This document shows positions 18,721 to 27,971 of a DNA stretch of 43,896 bases, one piece after another (within the stretch, counting starts at the first letter, position 1; each line of letters begins with the position of its first letter). The stretch spans positions 64,001 through 107,896 of the IMG/VR virus record IMGVR_UViG_3300033149_001657, one strand, 5' to 3'. Origin of the DNA: a virus. Taxonomy: Duplodnaviria; Heunggongvirae; Uroviricota; Caudoviricetes. The notes under the pieces were generated by a model. It was not told where the DNA came from, made no database searches, and worked only from the letters and a program-made list of their open reading frames with translations. The position numbers were made by a program, and so were the translations under genes.

Positions 18721-20627
18721 TTCTCATCAACTGCCTTATGTACTTTATGACCTCTCCATTCATATACGGGACAATCAATACAATATTCAGGTAATCTGTT
18801 CTGAATTAGCAGCTGTCTTAAATGTCTGTATCTTGAACCATACCATATCTTTCTAAAGTCCTTAGCTTCAAATATGTTACCCATTCTCATAGACTGTTCC
18901 CATCTCCTTCTGTTGCCTTCATGCTGAGCACAGCATGTAATGACATCTCCATTAACTAAGAAGAATGGCTGAAAAAGAGCCACACATCTGTTCAGTGGTG
19001 GTAGTCTACCGAGAGCTGGTTGATTAACAGATACTCTGATCCCTTCCTCATTAGCTTTCTCAATTATGTCTTGCCTTAGAGATTCTGGTATTTCCATGTA
19101 AAAATCCTCTATCTCTGGATATTTATGGAGCAGTCTGTTATAGAACACAAAGTCAACGTTCAACTGCTTAGCAAGCTCTATTGCTTTCAATGCCTCATGT
19201 TGATTTATCTTGTTGATGACAAAGTGAATACCTATCGATGGGAATGCAGACTTCATCTTTTTCCTAGCATTCTGTAAATGTCTTAGTCCGTCCAGCATCT
19301 TGTCCCATTTGTGTCCTACCCTGAAGTTTTCATATGTCTCTTTAGTAGCTGCATCTAATGATATTATGATCCGTTCCACTCCATACTTTACCAATTTCTC
19401 AGCTCTCTCTTTGGTAATAAACTGCATGTTGTCGTATTGCTCAAAGAATACTCCTCTCTCCTTGATGTATCTAATACAGTCTAGAAAAATTGGATTTGTC
19501 CAAGCTTCACCTATTCCTGTGAATGACATCTGAGCTAGATCTGGAAAATTGTTCATAATAAGAAGAAACTCTTTCCAACTCATCAATCTAGGTTCTTCTT
19601 CAAGATAGGTTCTCTCACACATTCTACACTTGAATGGACATATATTGGATAATTCAACTTCAATGTATCTTGGATACATTTCAGTAGCATACATCAACTT
19701 TATCTTCATCCTATCAGTTGTACAAAAAAACATGTTCATGTCATGAAATTTATAACACCATTCAAGTCCTTTCCTTGTATGTACTGGATTGGAATTGAAT
19801 TCTTTAAGAGCATTAATATCTATCATAGTACTGAAATTGTTGTAGATTAGATGATAGTAACTATCTTTTTTACGTCTTTCATACGGGACTAGTGGAAATG
19901 AATTGTCTACCCATCCATCTGGATAATAGCCAAGCTCTCTAGGAGGAGGTAGCTTAGCTATTCCATAACTCAATAGATCTACATGTTTAACATCTAACTT
20001 TGGATTTGCAACTATGTCGTATCCCATACTTCTAGCATTATAGAAAAAACTAAGGATATTGGCATTTACTGGAGTCAAAAGAAATGGTTCTCTAGCAGCT
20101 AACCATGAAGTTCCTACACAATCTACCTCAAATGGAAAGCTAGCTATAGGTGGAGACTTAGGAGAGAATCTAGCATTGTCTATCCTGAAGCTCCAAGTAT
20201 CATAAAAGTAACTATTATCTTCATTCCAAATATATGGAGCTACTATGTCAGCATCTACCATTAGAAGTCTTTCTATATAGTCATCTGGAAATTCACACAT
20301 ATGAGTATCCATCATAAGAAAGTAATCCTCACTGTCACTCATCAAATTCTGGAAATCATCTATAACACAACCAGCTCCATGAGTACCATATAGTTTCAAC
20401 AGATTGTTTCTTGGTTCCTTGTACACCTCGATCTTGAAGTCAGAATTACTCTTGAAGTCCTTTATTTTATTCAGAGTATGATCATTACTATCTCCATATA
20501 TGAATACAAGTCTAAGATTATTGTGTGGATAAGATAAAGTCATTAGATTACCTGTGAAGTCATCTAACCATTGCTCTGCATTCTTAACCATGATTCCTAC
20601 CATTATATCTGCTTCTTTGGAACTCAT
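18717..20627 (-). CDS. GT-A glycosyltransferase-like domain fused to radical SAM/SPASM domain
   Basis: N-terminal MVKNAEQWL...DSNDHT...MMDTH...EVDCVGT. CPFKCRMC (CxxxCxxC), FTGIGE, SPASM-like CVALF...GDVITCC...GNI...CIDCP. Confidence 0.85.
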   Translation of the reverse strand: MSSKEADIMVGIMVKNAEQWLDDFTGNLMTLSYPHNNLRLVFIYGDSNDHTLNKIKDFKSNSDFKIEVYKEPRNNLLKLYGTHGAGCVIDDFQNLMSDSEDYFLMMDTHMCEFPDDYIERLLMVDADIVAPYIWNEDNSYFYDTWSFRIDNARFSPKSPPIASFPFEVDCVGTSWLAAREPFLLTPVNANILSFFYNARSMGYDIVANPKLDVKHVDLLSYGIAKLPPPRELGYYPDGWVDNSFPLVPYERRKKDSYYHLIYNNFSTMIDINALKEFNSNPVHTRKGLEWCYKFHDMNMFFCTTDRMKIKLMYATEMYPRYIEVELSNICPFKCRMCERTYLEEEPRLMSWKEFLLIMNNFPDLAQMSFTGIGEAWTNPIFLDCIRYIKERGVFFEQYDNMQFITKERAEKLVKYGVERIIISLDAATKETYENFRVGHKWDKMLDGLRHLQNARKKMKSAFPSIGIHFVINKINQHEALKAIELAKQLNVDFVFYNRLLHKYPEIEDFYMEIPESLRQDIIEKANEEGIRVSVNQPALGRLPPLNRCVALFQPFFLVNGDVITCCAQHEGNRRRWEQSMRMGNIFEAKDFRKIWYGSRYRHLRQLLIQNRLPEYCIDCPVYEWRGHKVHKAVDEK

Positions 20628-21856
20628 ATCAATCGCCTATCAGCAACATTCCTACTGGAATGTAGATCCTCCATGACATTATCAAAGAACGGAACCCACT
20701 CCTTCTCAACTAGTTTGTTCCAATCAAAGCGTCTAGCAAACTTTATGGATTTCTTAGAATATCTACTTCTTTGCTTATCATTGAAATAAGACTTCTCTAG
20801 AGCTTCAGCTATATCATAAGGATCCACCATTGACGAGATGGCACCTATGGGAGTGTAAGTATACATCTTTGGCTTAACCAACCATCCACGTCCTTTGACT
20901 AGTTCAGTCATACTTGAGAAGTCATTAGATATAGCTGGAGTACCACATGCCATTCCCTCCAATATTGGAATGCCAAAACCTTCTCTTCTAGAACAATAAA
21001 GCTGAACATCCATAGCATTGTATATTGTACATAGATTCTCCTCTTTAATACCAGTCTCGAATATCATTGGATTCTGGAGGATAACTACGTTTCCTAGCTT
21101 ATATTTTCTTACCAACATTCTAATGTCTATTCCTCTTGGATCTGAAGGATTGGTATATATAAAATATTTTACATCCGATTCTTTTACATCTGGGTTGTTG
21201 TCTAGAAATATTCTTAGAGCCATTATGTGTTCTCCCCATGACTTTCTACTTTCCTTGTCAGAGTTAGCTGCTGTTGTTCCAAACAAGAACACATCTGGTG
21301 GTAGTCCTACTTCTTCCTTAGCCAGTCTCTTGTTCATTGGTTTGTACACAGATGTATCTACACCATGATAGATTACTTTATCATATTTTACTGGTGGATC
21401 ATATGATTCCCATTCATTCTTCTGGAAATAAGTAGGAGACACTCTATAATCATAGGCTCTAATTAAGTTCTGTATTTCTTCTGGATAGTTTACATGATCC
21501 AATGGTCCATATGTCATTGTTGTAGGTAGCTTAGTAGGGAACCAATCGAATGCCCAAGGATCACTCATTAGACAAGCTATGTTAGCTTTTATTGAATTGT
21601 AGTAATGTATACAACTATTCTCTCCAAACCTGCCATTCTTGGATGGAAAGTGAGGTACTCCATTTATTACTATTACTCCACCTGGTTCTATTCCATAGTA
21701 AGCCGATACATATACATTGAATCCATGTTTTACAAGTCCACTTGTAATGTACCTAGTAACTATCCCGTAGCCAGACCTTATATGACTTGCCACACTATGC
21801 CATAATATTCTAAATCTTGATCTCTTCTTTAGCTGAGATTTGTTCTCCTCACTCAT
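20624..21856 (-). CDS. GT4 (GT-B fold) glycosyltransferase
   Basis: SGYG, IYHGVDTSVYKP, RKSW, REGFGIPILEGMACGTPAI. Confidence 0.9.
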   Translation of the reverse strand: MSEENKSQLKKRSRFRILWHSVASHIRSGYGIVTRYITSGLVKHGFNVYVSAYYGIEPGGVIVINGVPHFPSKNGRFGENSCIHYYNSIKANIACLMSDPWAFDWFPTKLPTTMTYGPLDHVNYPEEIQNLIRAYDYRVSPTYFQKNEWESYDPPVKYDKVIYHGVDTSVYKPMNKRLAKEEVGLPPDVFLFGTTAANSDKESRKSWGEHIMALRIFLDNNPDVKESDVKYFIYTNPSDPRGIDIRMLVRKYKLGNVVILQNPMIFETGIKEENLCTIYNAMDVQLYCSRREGFGIPILEGMACGTPAISNDFSSMTELVKGRGWLVKPKMYTYTPIGAISSMVDPYDIAEALEKSYFNDKQRSRYSKKSIKFARRFDWNKLVEKEWVPFFDNVMEDLHSSRNVADRRLI

Positions 21857-21954
21857 TTACTCTTCACTCTTGTTCAGTATTAAATTATCTTCTAAAGGAT
21901 AACTTTATAAAGGTAGTCTTAGAAAAATAATAGAAATTTGGAAAGAAAGGAGGA

Positions 21955-22659
21955 ATGAAGTTGAGTAGACGAGTCTACTCGAATCTAGATAAAGAGGAAT
22001 TCCTTAATAAAGCTATCGTAAGAGCTCTGAAAATGTTGAGCATTCCTTTCCAGGACATTCACACTAGATATAATTTCTACAAGAGACCTGGGGAACAATC
22101 AGCTGACTTTGTATTGTATGGATGTTTCCTGTTGGAAGCTAAGAACTGGAACTGTGTGAAATACTATGTTGACAGAAGGAAATCTCGTAGAGAGATTCTC
22201 TACAGATTCATAGATGTCAACAATCCAGATCTGTTTCTGAGAAAGAAGATTCTTGTCATAAGCAATCCAAGATGGACTGAACATTCTAGAGAGTACCTAA
22301 TGAGTCATGGAATTGAAATAATAGAACTTGGATATTTTGTGGATGAAAATCGAATTGAAGAAGCAGCTTTCGACATAGCGACTAGACTGAAGAACCTAGT
22401 ATCCACTCTTTCTGAGTCGATACAACAGAAAACAAGACAGAAGCTACTGTCCTTCTTCGACAGAATCAGAACACAATACTACAAATCCAACTCTGGAGAC
22501 AGCAGCTACAACTCTCATAATAACTCTATAAGCTTAAGCTTAGATTTAATATTTACATACCCAAAACACAAAACAAGTGAAAAAGAATATGGGAGCTTAG
22601 AGAGAAACAATTCTCTTGTATTTTTCAATGTCAATAAAGATAGGAACATCGAAGTATAG
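21955..22659 (+). CDS. PD-(D/E)xK-family nuclease-like protein
   Basis: SADFVL...LLEAKNW motif. Has its own AGGAGG RBS and a TTTATAAA box at ~21908. Confidence 0.6.
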   Translation: MKLSRRVYSNLDKEEFLNKAIVRALKMLSIPFQDIHTRYNFYKRPGEQSADFVLYGCFLLEAKNWNCVKYYVDRRKSRREILYRFIDVNNPDLFLRKKILVISNPRWTEHSREYLMSHGIEIIELGYFVDENRIEEAAFDIATRLKNLVSTLSESIQQKTRQKLLSFFDRIRTQYYKSNSGDSSYNSHNNSISLSLDLIFTYPKHKTSEKEYGSLERNNSLVFFNVNKDRNIEV

Positions 22660-22860
22660 GTCTGGATCATCTCCTAGACATGTTTTGATGTATCGTTCTC
22701 TAGCTACTCTGTAGGCTGTTCTTATGGATGAGTACTCGTTTAGTTCATCTGGTTCCAGTATCTCTAGACATATCTCTAGTCTTCTTCTAGCTGTTTGAGA
22801 AAGACTATTCAACCATTCTTTGTTCTTTATCTTCCTGGATAGTGGATATCGTTTCATCAT
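22597..22860 (-). CDS. Hypothetical protein
   Basis: 87-aa ORF continuing the minus-strand gene string; no recognisable motif. Confidence 0.4.
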   Translation of the reverse strand: MMKRYPLSRKIKNKEWLNSLSQTARRRLEICLEILEPDELNEYSSIRTAYRVARERYIKTCLGDDPDLYFDVPIFIDIEKYKRIVSL

Positions 22861-24058
22861 CCTGAGTCATCTCGTATTGTTTGAAATGTTCTCTTAGGAT
22901 CTGAGCATAGTAAGCCATGTTCTTGTATTCTAGGTTTGGTTCGTTTCTCTCGTACATCTCTATTTTCTCTATTGGATGTATGGGAACTACTGAACATTCG
23001 TTGCCTGCATATATCAGTAGTAAGATTCCAGATGGTCTCTGTTGTATGCTGTATTGCCATTTCTGGAATCCACCTGTAACAGAGATCTTGGTACTTTCAA
23101 ATATTATCTCAGGATTCAGCCAGTGTGAATGTGCAGTTACTACTCTTTCAACTATTACTCCTCTATGTCTGTAGTCTGATATTGTCTTTAGTATGTCTCT
23201 GATGAATGATGGAGCTACTGGATAATAGTCGGATCTTCCGTATCCATGTGTGAATAGTACATTGTAGTGTCCTATTGGAATGCCAATGTCAATAATGGAG
23301 TATCTACTACAGTATCTAGCTCTACTTCCTATGGACTTCTTTAGATACAGCATATAGTTGGACTCTGTATCTTCATGGTGTCCCTTCAACATGTATATTC
23401 TGTGAACTGGAACTATCTTCTCTATCTGCTCAATGGTCTTCTTTATCACACGTTCAGCTAGGAACACTTGCCAGTGTCCTCTCTGTACTAGATTCTCCAG
23501 CTCTTGTCTTCTATAGATGTTTCTACCAGACACTATGTCTCCATTCAGTACTATTCTGGCTCTTTTGACATTGTGGTTGGAGTCTAGATATTTCAGTACT
23601 CTTTCTAGATTATAGATGCAGCTCCAGTAGGTTTCTGGTAGATGGGACTCATGACCCAGATGTAGATCGGAGATAACTACAGTAACTGTGATGTCTGTTT
23701 TTCTATTGGATTCCAGGACCTTGAGTGGTAGTGAGACATTGATGTTCTCTCTTTCTCTGTATTTGTATCTTATCTCTGGCATCTTGTCAACTAGTTTATC
23801 AGCTATCTTGTCTATTATTTTCATAAAAAATTCATCTTCTACTTCATCAAGATCAATATCGTTGTGTCTAATCATGTTCTCTTTGGCTTCACTATAGGTT
23901 CTCCTTGGGATGTCAAACTTTCTCATCCATCTTCTTATGGTTGACTCATTTCTTCCAACTATCTTTCCTATCTGTCTGATAGATAGTCCCTTATTCCAGT
24001 ATAGATCATATAATGTGTCTCTATCTAGCACAAGATCGTACCTCCAAGGTTCTGTCAT
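22805..24058 (-). CDS. HTH domain fused to calcineurin-like metallophosphoesterase
   Basis: N-terminal LYWNKGLSIRQIGKIVGRNESTIRRW (HTH). MPE motifs SDLHLG, NGDIV, KGHHE, FTHG, AHSHW. Confidence 0.8.
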   Translation of the reverse strand: MTEPWRYDLVLDRDTLYDLYWNKGLSIRQIGKIVGRNESTIRRWMRKFDIPRRTYSEAKENMIRHNDIDLDEVEDEFFMKIIDKIADKLVDKMPEIRYKYRERENINVSLPLKVLESNRKTDITVTVVISDLHLGHESHLPETYWSCIYNLERVLKYLDSNHNVKRARIVLNGDIVSGRNIYRRQELENLVQRGHWQVFLAERVIKKTIEQIEKIVPVHRIYMLKGHHEDTESNYMLYLKKSIGSRARYCSRYSIIDIGIPIGHYNVLFTHGYGRSDYYPVAPSFIRDILKTISDYRHRGVIVERVVTAHSHWLNPEIIFESTKISVTGGFQKWQYSIQQRPSGILLLIYAGNECSVVPIHPIEKIEMYERNEPNLEYKNMAYYAQILREHFKQYEMTQDDETISTIQEDKEQRMVE

Positions 24059-24084
24059 AGATTCTCTTTTTCTCTTATAAATGT

Positions 24085-24249
24085 TTATCTATTGAGGTTT
24101 CTCTTTAGTCCTCTGAACATTTTGCTAATACAGGTTTCACATAGTCCTCTTTTTAGTGTGAATATCCAGAAGTTCACTATCAAAATGAATCCTTCATCAG
24201 TTCTTCCACATACAGAACACTTAACTTTGTTCTTGTAGTAATATCTCAA
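24085..24249 (-). CDS. Small Zn-finger protein not in the ORF track (TTG start, 54 aa)
   Basis: Read manually after an AGGTGA RBS: MRYYYKNKVKCSVCGRTDEGFILIVNFWIFTLKRGLCETCISKMFRGLKRNLNR, with two CxxC pairs. Confidence 0.65.
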   Translation of the reverse strand: MRYYYKNKVKCSVCGRTDEGFILIVNFWIFTLKRGLCETCISKMFRGLKRNLNR

Positions 24250-24260
24250 ATCTATCACCT

Positions 24261-26348
24261 CTATACTTTAAATGTCTTTCTAGATTTAAATTCAGCTTGT
24301 TTGCCAGGATGCCATGCATCTACTGGTCTTAGGTATCCAACTATTCTTGAGTATACCTCTGTCTTAGATCCACATTGTGGACATCTGTGTACTTCACCAG
24401 CTATGTATCCATGATTCTCACATATACTGAATGTAGGGGATAGAGTAAAGTATGGTATTCTAAAGTTGGTGAATACTTTCTCTAGGAGTACTGGAACTAT
24501 GCTTGGATTCTGTATTCGTTCTCCTAGGAAGGCATGAAAGACTGTTCCACCAGTGTATCTGGTCTGTAAATCCTCTTGAAGCTCAAGAGCTTCAAATATG
24601 TCGGCAGTATAGTCTACAGGTAGCTGAGTGCTGTTAGTATACATTGGATGTTCTATGTGCTTGAGGTTTCCGTTCATGAAATGACATTTACTGAACTTTG
24701 ACTTGTCTAGAAGAGCGAGTCTGTATGAGCATCCTTCAGCTGGTGTAGCTTCCAAGTTGTACATATGTTCAGTTTCTTTCTGATACTTCAGTAGCTTGTC
24801 TCTCATAAAGTCGAGTACTTTCACTGCAAACTTTATTCCCTCTTTGTCAGCTATGGTACAATCCATGAAATTGAGTAGTGATTCATTCATTCCAACCAGA
24901 CCAATGGTGCTGAAATGGTTGCTCCAGTAGCTACCAAAGTGTTTCTTAACATCTCTAAGATAGAACTTGACGTATGGATAGAGTCCTCTCTCTGTGAGTC
25001 TCTCTAATACTTTACGTTTGATTTCTAGTGATGTCTTAGCTATGTCCATTAGTCTTTCCAGTCTCTCAAAATACTGGTCATCATCTTTAGCAACTAAGCC
25101 TATTCTTGGCATGTTGATAGTCACTACTCCTATTGAACCAGTTCTGGAATATGCTCCAAAGTATCCACCACCTCTTTTCTTGAGTTCTGTCAGGTCGAGC
25201 TGGAGATGACAACACATTGACCTTGCATCCTCAGGTTTCATGTCACTGTTGATGTAGTTGCTAAAGTATGGTATTCCATATTTAGCTGTCATCTTCCATA
25301 GACCATTGTAAGATTCATTGTTCCAGTCGAAGTCTTTGGTAATAGAGTAAGTGGGAATAGGGAATGTGAATACTCTACTAGCTCCGTCTCCATTGTAATA
25401 TACTTCATAAAGAGCTTTGTTGATCATGTCAGCTTCATCCTGAAAGTCACCAAGTTCCTCAACTGGACGCCCTCCTACGACTCCAGGAGTCTCTTTCAGA
25501 TAGTCTGGAACTTCTAGATCTAAGCTGATATTGGAGAAGGGCGTCTCACCAGAAGTTCTGGTTGGGACATTCAAGTTGAAAATCAGTTCTTGGACACATT
25601 GATGTACTTCCTCGTAGCTGAGACCATCGTATCTAACAAACGGAGCTAGAAACGTATCTAAGTTGGATACTGCCTGAGCTCCAGCTGCTTCAAGAGACAT
25701 GCTGAAGATGAAGTTTACTAGTTGTCCCATAGCTGTTCTTAGATGTTTTGGTGGTTTGCATGTTACTCTTCCAGAGACGCCTCTGAAGCCAGTGGATAGG
25801 AAATCGTATAAGTCATGTCCTTGACAGTACACAGACAGCATATTCAGGTTATGTATGTGAAGATCACCATTTAGATGAGACTCTCTTACCTCAGCTGGAT
25901 ATATCTTGTTCAACCAGTAGTTCTTTGTTAGTTCTGAGCTTATGTAATTGTTTAGTCCCTGGAGGGAATATTGTCTGTTTGCATTCTCCTTTACCTGCCA
26001 GTCAAGCTGATTGAGGTATTGATCCATTAGGTCAATACCGTTTAGAGACATAACCATGTCTCTAAGCTCTTTATGTTGATGTCTATATATAATGTAAGCT
26101 TTAGCTATCTGAGTAAGGTTTCTCTTTATTAGAACTCTCTCTACAATATCCTGTATTTCCTCAACAGTAGGAACTCCATCCTCTCCATACTTCTCCTGTA
26201 TTATTCTGTCTGTTTGTCTTCCTATTTGGAATGCAAAGTCCTTACTGTCGTTTCCCACAGCTTGAGAAGCTTTCCATATTGCTTCACATATTCTGTTAGG
26301 ATCATAACTTTCTAGTTTACCATCTCTTTTTCTTACGTACATAACCAT
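24261..26348 (-). CDS. nrdD: Anaerobic (class III) ribonucleoside-triphosphate reductase with ATP cone
   Basis: ATP cone VRKRDG...EEIQDIVE, HLNGDLHIH, SMCC, EATPAEG, YTGGTVFH, CPQCG, glycyl-radical motif SRIVGYL. Confidence 0.95.
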   Translation of the reverse strand: MVMYVRKRDGKLESYDPNRICEAIWKASQAVGNDSKDFAFQIGRQTDRIIQEKYGEDGVPTVEEIQDIVERVLIKRNLTQIAKAYIIYRHQHKELRDMVMSLNGIDLMDQYLNQLDWQVKENANRQYSLQGLNNYISSELTKNYWLNKIYPAEVRESHLNGDLHIHNLNMLSVYCQGHDLYDFLSTGFRGVSGRVTCKPPKHLRTAMGQLVNFIFSMSLEAAGAQAVSNLDTFLAPFVRYDGLSYEEVHQCVQELIFNLNVPTRTSGETPFSNISLDLEVPDYLKETPGVVGGRPVEELGDFQDEADMINKALYEVYYNGDGASRVFTFPIPTYSITKDFDWNNESYNGLWKMTAKYGIPYFSNYINSDMKPEDARSMCCHLQLDLTELKKRGGGYFGAYSRTGSIGVVTINMPRIGLVAKDDDQYFERLERLMDIAKTSLEIKRKVLERLTERGLYPYVKFYLRDVKKHFGSYWSNHFSTIGLVGMNESLLNFMDCTIADKEGIKFAVKVLDFMRDKLLKYQKETEHMYNLEATPAEGCSYRLALLDKSKFSKCHFMNGNLKHIEHPMYTNSTQLPVDYTADIFEALELQEDLQTRYTGGTVFHAFLGERIQNPSIVPVLLEKVFTNFRIPYFTLSPTFSICENHGYIAGEVHRCPQCGSKTEVYSRIVGYLRPVDAWHPGKQAEFKSRKTFKV

Positions 26349-26353
26349 AGTAA

Positions 26354-27736
26354 CTATCTCTCCTCAAGGGTGTCTTCCATTACTTCCCTAATAACATCTT
26401 CATCAACATTTACATCAGACTTAGGTTTGGATCTTTCAGGAATCTTAGACTCATCATTGTTCCATTTTTCTAACTCTCTTTCAACAAATCTAGATGGTAG
26501 TCCAAGTTCTCTTCTTATCTTGAGCTCAAGCTCTGGATCTCTCCTAATCATGTCTCTTCTTCCAAGTCTTGACACCAGGTTTATTGTTGTCTCTAGAGTG
26601 GCATGGGACTTGGATCTAAGGACTATTCTAGGTACTTCCTTGTAGCTCTTTATCTTCCTCCTAGCTTTGAACAGTCTATACAGAAGCTTTTCTCTTACCT
26701 GTTCAGCTAGCCTGTCTTGAAGAGCAACTATCCTACGTTCAAAGTCGAGATCAGAAGACTCTGTAGCTCTAGCAGCTACTCTTGATCCTGGTAAAAAGTG
26801 TCTTGAGGGAGGAATACCCATTCCTAGGCTCTGGATAGATGCAAAATACAGAATCAGTCCCTCAGTACCAGTTATATCAGGAGATGGCATCCGTTCAATC
26901 TTTACATCTATTGGAAATCCGAACACTGACTCTATGGAAACATTCTGTAGATCATCAACTATCCTGTCTATTAGCTCTGGTGATGGTCTAGGCATCTGTT
27001 CTGAACCTACGTAAGCTATTAATGAACCAGATCTGAAGGCTCCCTCTCCAACTGTCTCCTCCAGATTCAATCTGATAAGAGCTTGCTTGTACACAGATTC
27101 TAGTGGAGTTATACCAAGAAATGCACCTCCTATGCTAAATAACTTGAAGTGAGCTATTCTGTCTCTACCATCTTCATTCTTGTTCCTGGATTTCCATATA
27201 GTCTTGCCATCTCTTGTTATTGTATCCTTTCTCCACTCTGTCAAAGAGCCTGTATCTTTATGTTGGAAACCTACTGGTTCAAAGTTCTCATCTAGTTTTA
27301 CATCCTTTGTAAGTGGATCTCTAATATAGTCTGTTTTGGAAGGATCAAGTATCCTTAGAGCTAGAATGTCGTTTCCGTTCTTGGAGTATCCAAGCTCTAC
27401 AAAAGCATTTCCAGCTCCACCTACAAATATATCTCTTAGGACAGATTCCAGGATTCTCTTAAGCTTTACGTCTTCAGCCCATTCCTCAGCTTCTTTGCAT
27501 AGTTCTTCATCACCTTCAAAATAGAATCCCTCTCCTATCACAAAGTCTATGTAGTCATTAACTTCTCTGAATGTTAGACCATCTATACGATACAGAGTCT
27601 CTAGAGATTCACCAGTAACCTTCTGTTTTTCTCTGGTATCCTTACCTACAGCTAGCAATGGCTGAGTATTTATCTGTCCTACCCTAACTAGTTCTTCTAC
27701 AGATGGCTCTGGTGTCTTTCTTCTGATAATTCTCAT
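26354..27736 (-). CDS. Portal protein
   Basis: 460 aa. LETLYRID...VNDYIDFVIGEG, GNAFVELG, ILDP, IAHFKL...GITPLESV and ALQDRLAEQVREKL follow the pattern of tailed-virus portals. Confidence 0.75.
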   Translation of the reverse strand: MRIIRRKTPEPSVEELVRVGQINTQPLLAVGKDTREKQKVTGESLETLYRIDGLTFREVNDYIDFVIGEGFYFEGDEELCKEAEEWAEDVKLKRILESVLRDIFVGGAGNAFVELGYSKNGNDILALRILDPSKTDYIRDPLTKDVKLDENFEPVGFQHKDTGSLTEWRKDTITRDGKTIWKSRNKNEDGRDRIAHFKLFSIGGAFLGITPLESVYKQALIRLNLEETVGEGAFRSGSLIAYVGSEQMPRPSPELIDRIVDDLQNVSIESVFGFPIDVKIERMPSPDITGTEGLILYFASIQSLGMGIPPSRHFLPGSRVAARATESSDLDFERRIVALQDRLAEQVREKLLYRLFKARRKIKSYKEVPRIVLRSKSHATLETTINLVSRLGRRDMIRRDPELELKIRRELGLPSRFVERELEKWNNDESKIPERSKPKSDVNVDEDVIREVMEDTLEER

Positions 27737-27742
27737 AGATTA

Positions 27743-27952
27743 TCACTTCTTTACCAATTTCAATATTGCTGATATCAAACCATCGCTTATCAGCATCTTT
27801 TCAAATAGCTCTGGTGATATCTTTCCACAGTATAGTAGACCAGCTAACACTAGGAATATGGAGAAAAACACTACTACTGGAGCTTCTGCATTAGTTATCT
27901 TTTCTATTACTAGCTCAGTCAGACTTTTCTCTTCTACTATTTCCTCAGACAT
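27743..27952 (-). CDS. Small membrane protein (holin-like size)
   Basis: 69 aa, hydrophobic VVVFFSIFLVLAGLLY plus a second apolar segment, basic KK end. Confidence 0.45.
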   Translation of the reverse strand: MSEEIVEEKSLTELVIEKITNAEAPVVVFFSIFLVLAGLLYCGKISPELFEKMLISDGLISAILKLVKK

Positions 27953-27971
27953 TCTCTCAACCTCCTATATT

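Noticed and set aside
18717-20627. Radical SAM domain as the NrdG activase
   Set aside because: It has a SPASM extension and a GT fusion and sits in the glycosylation operon; NrdG proteins are short and lack these features.
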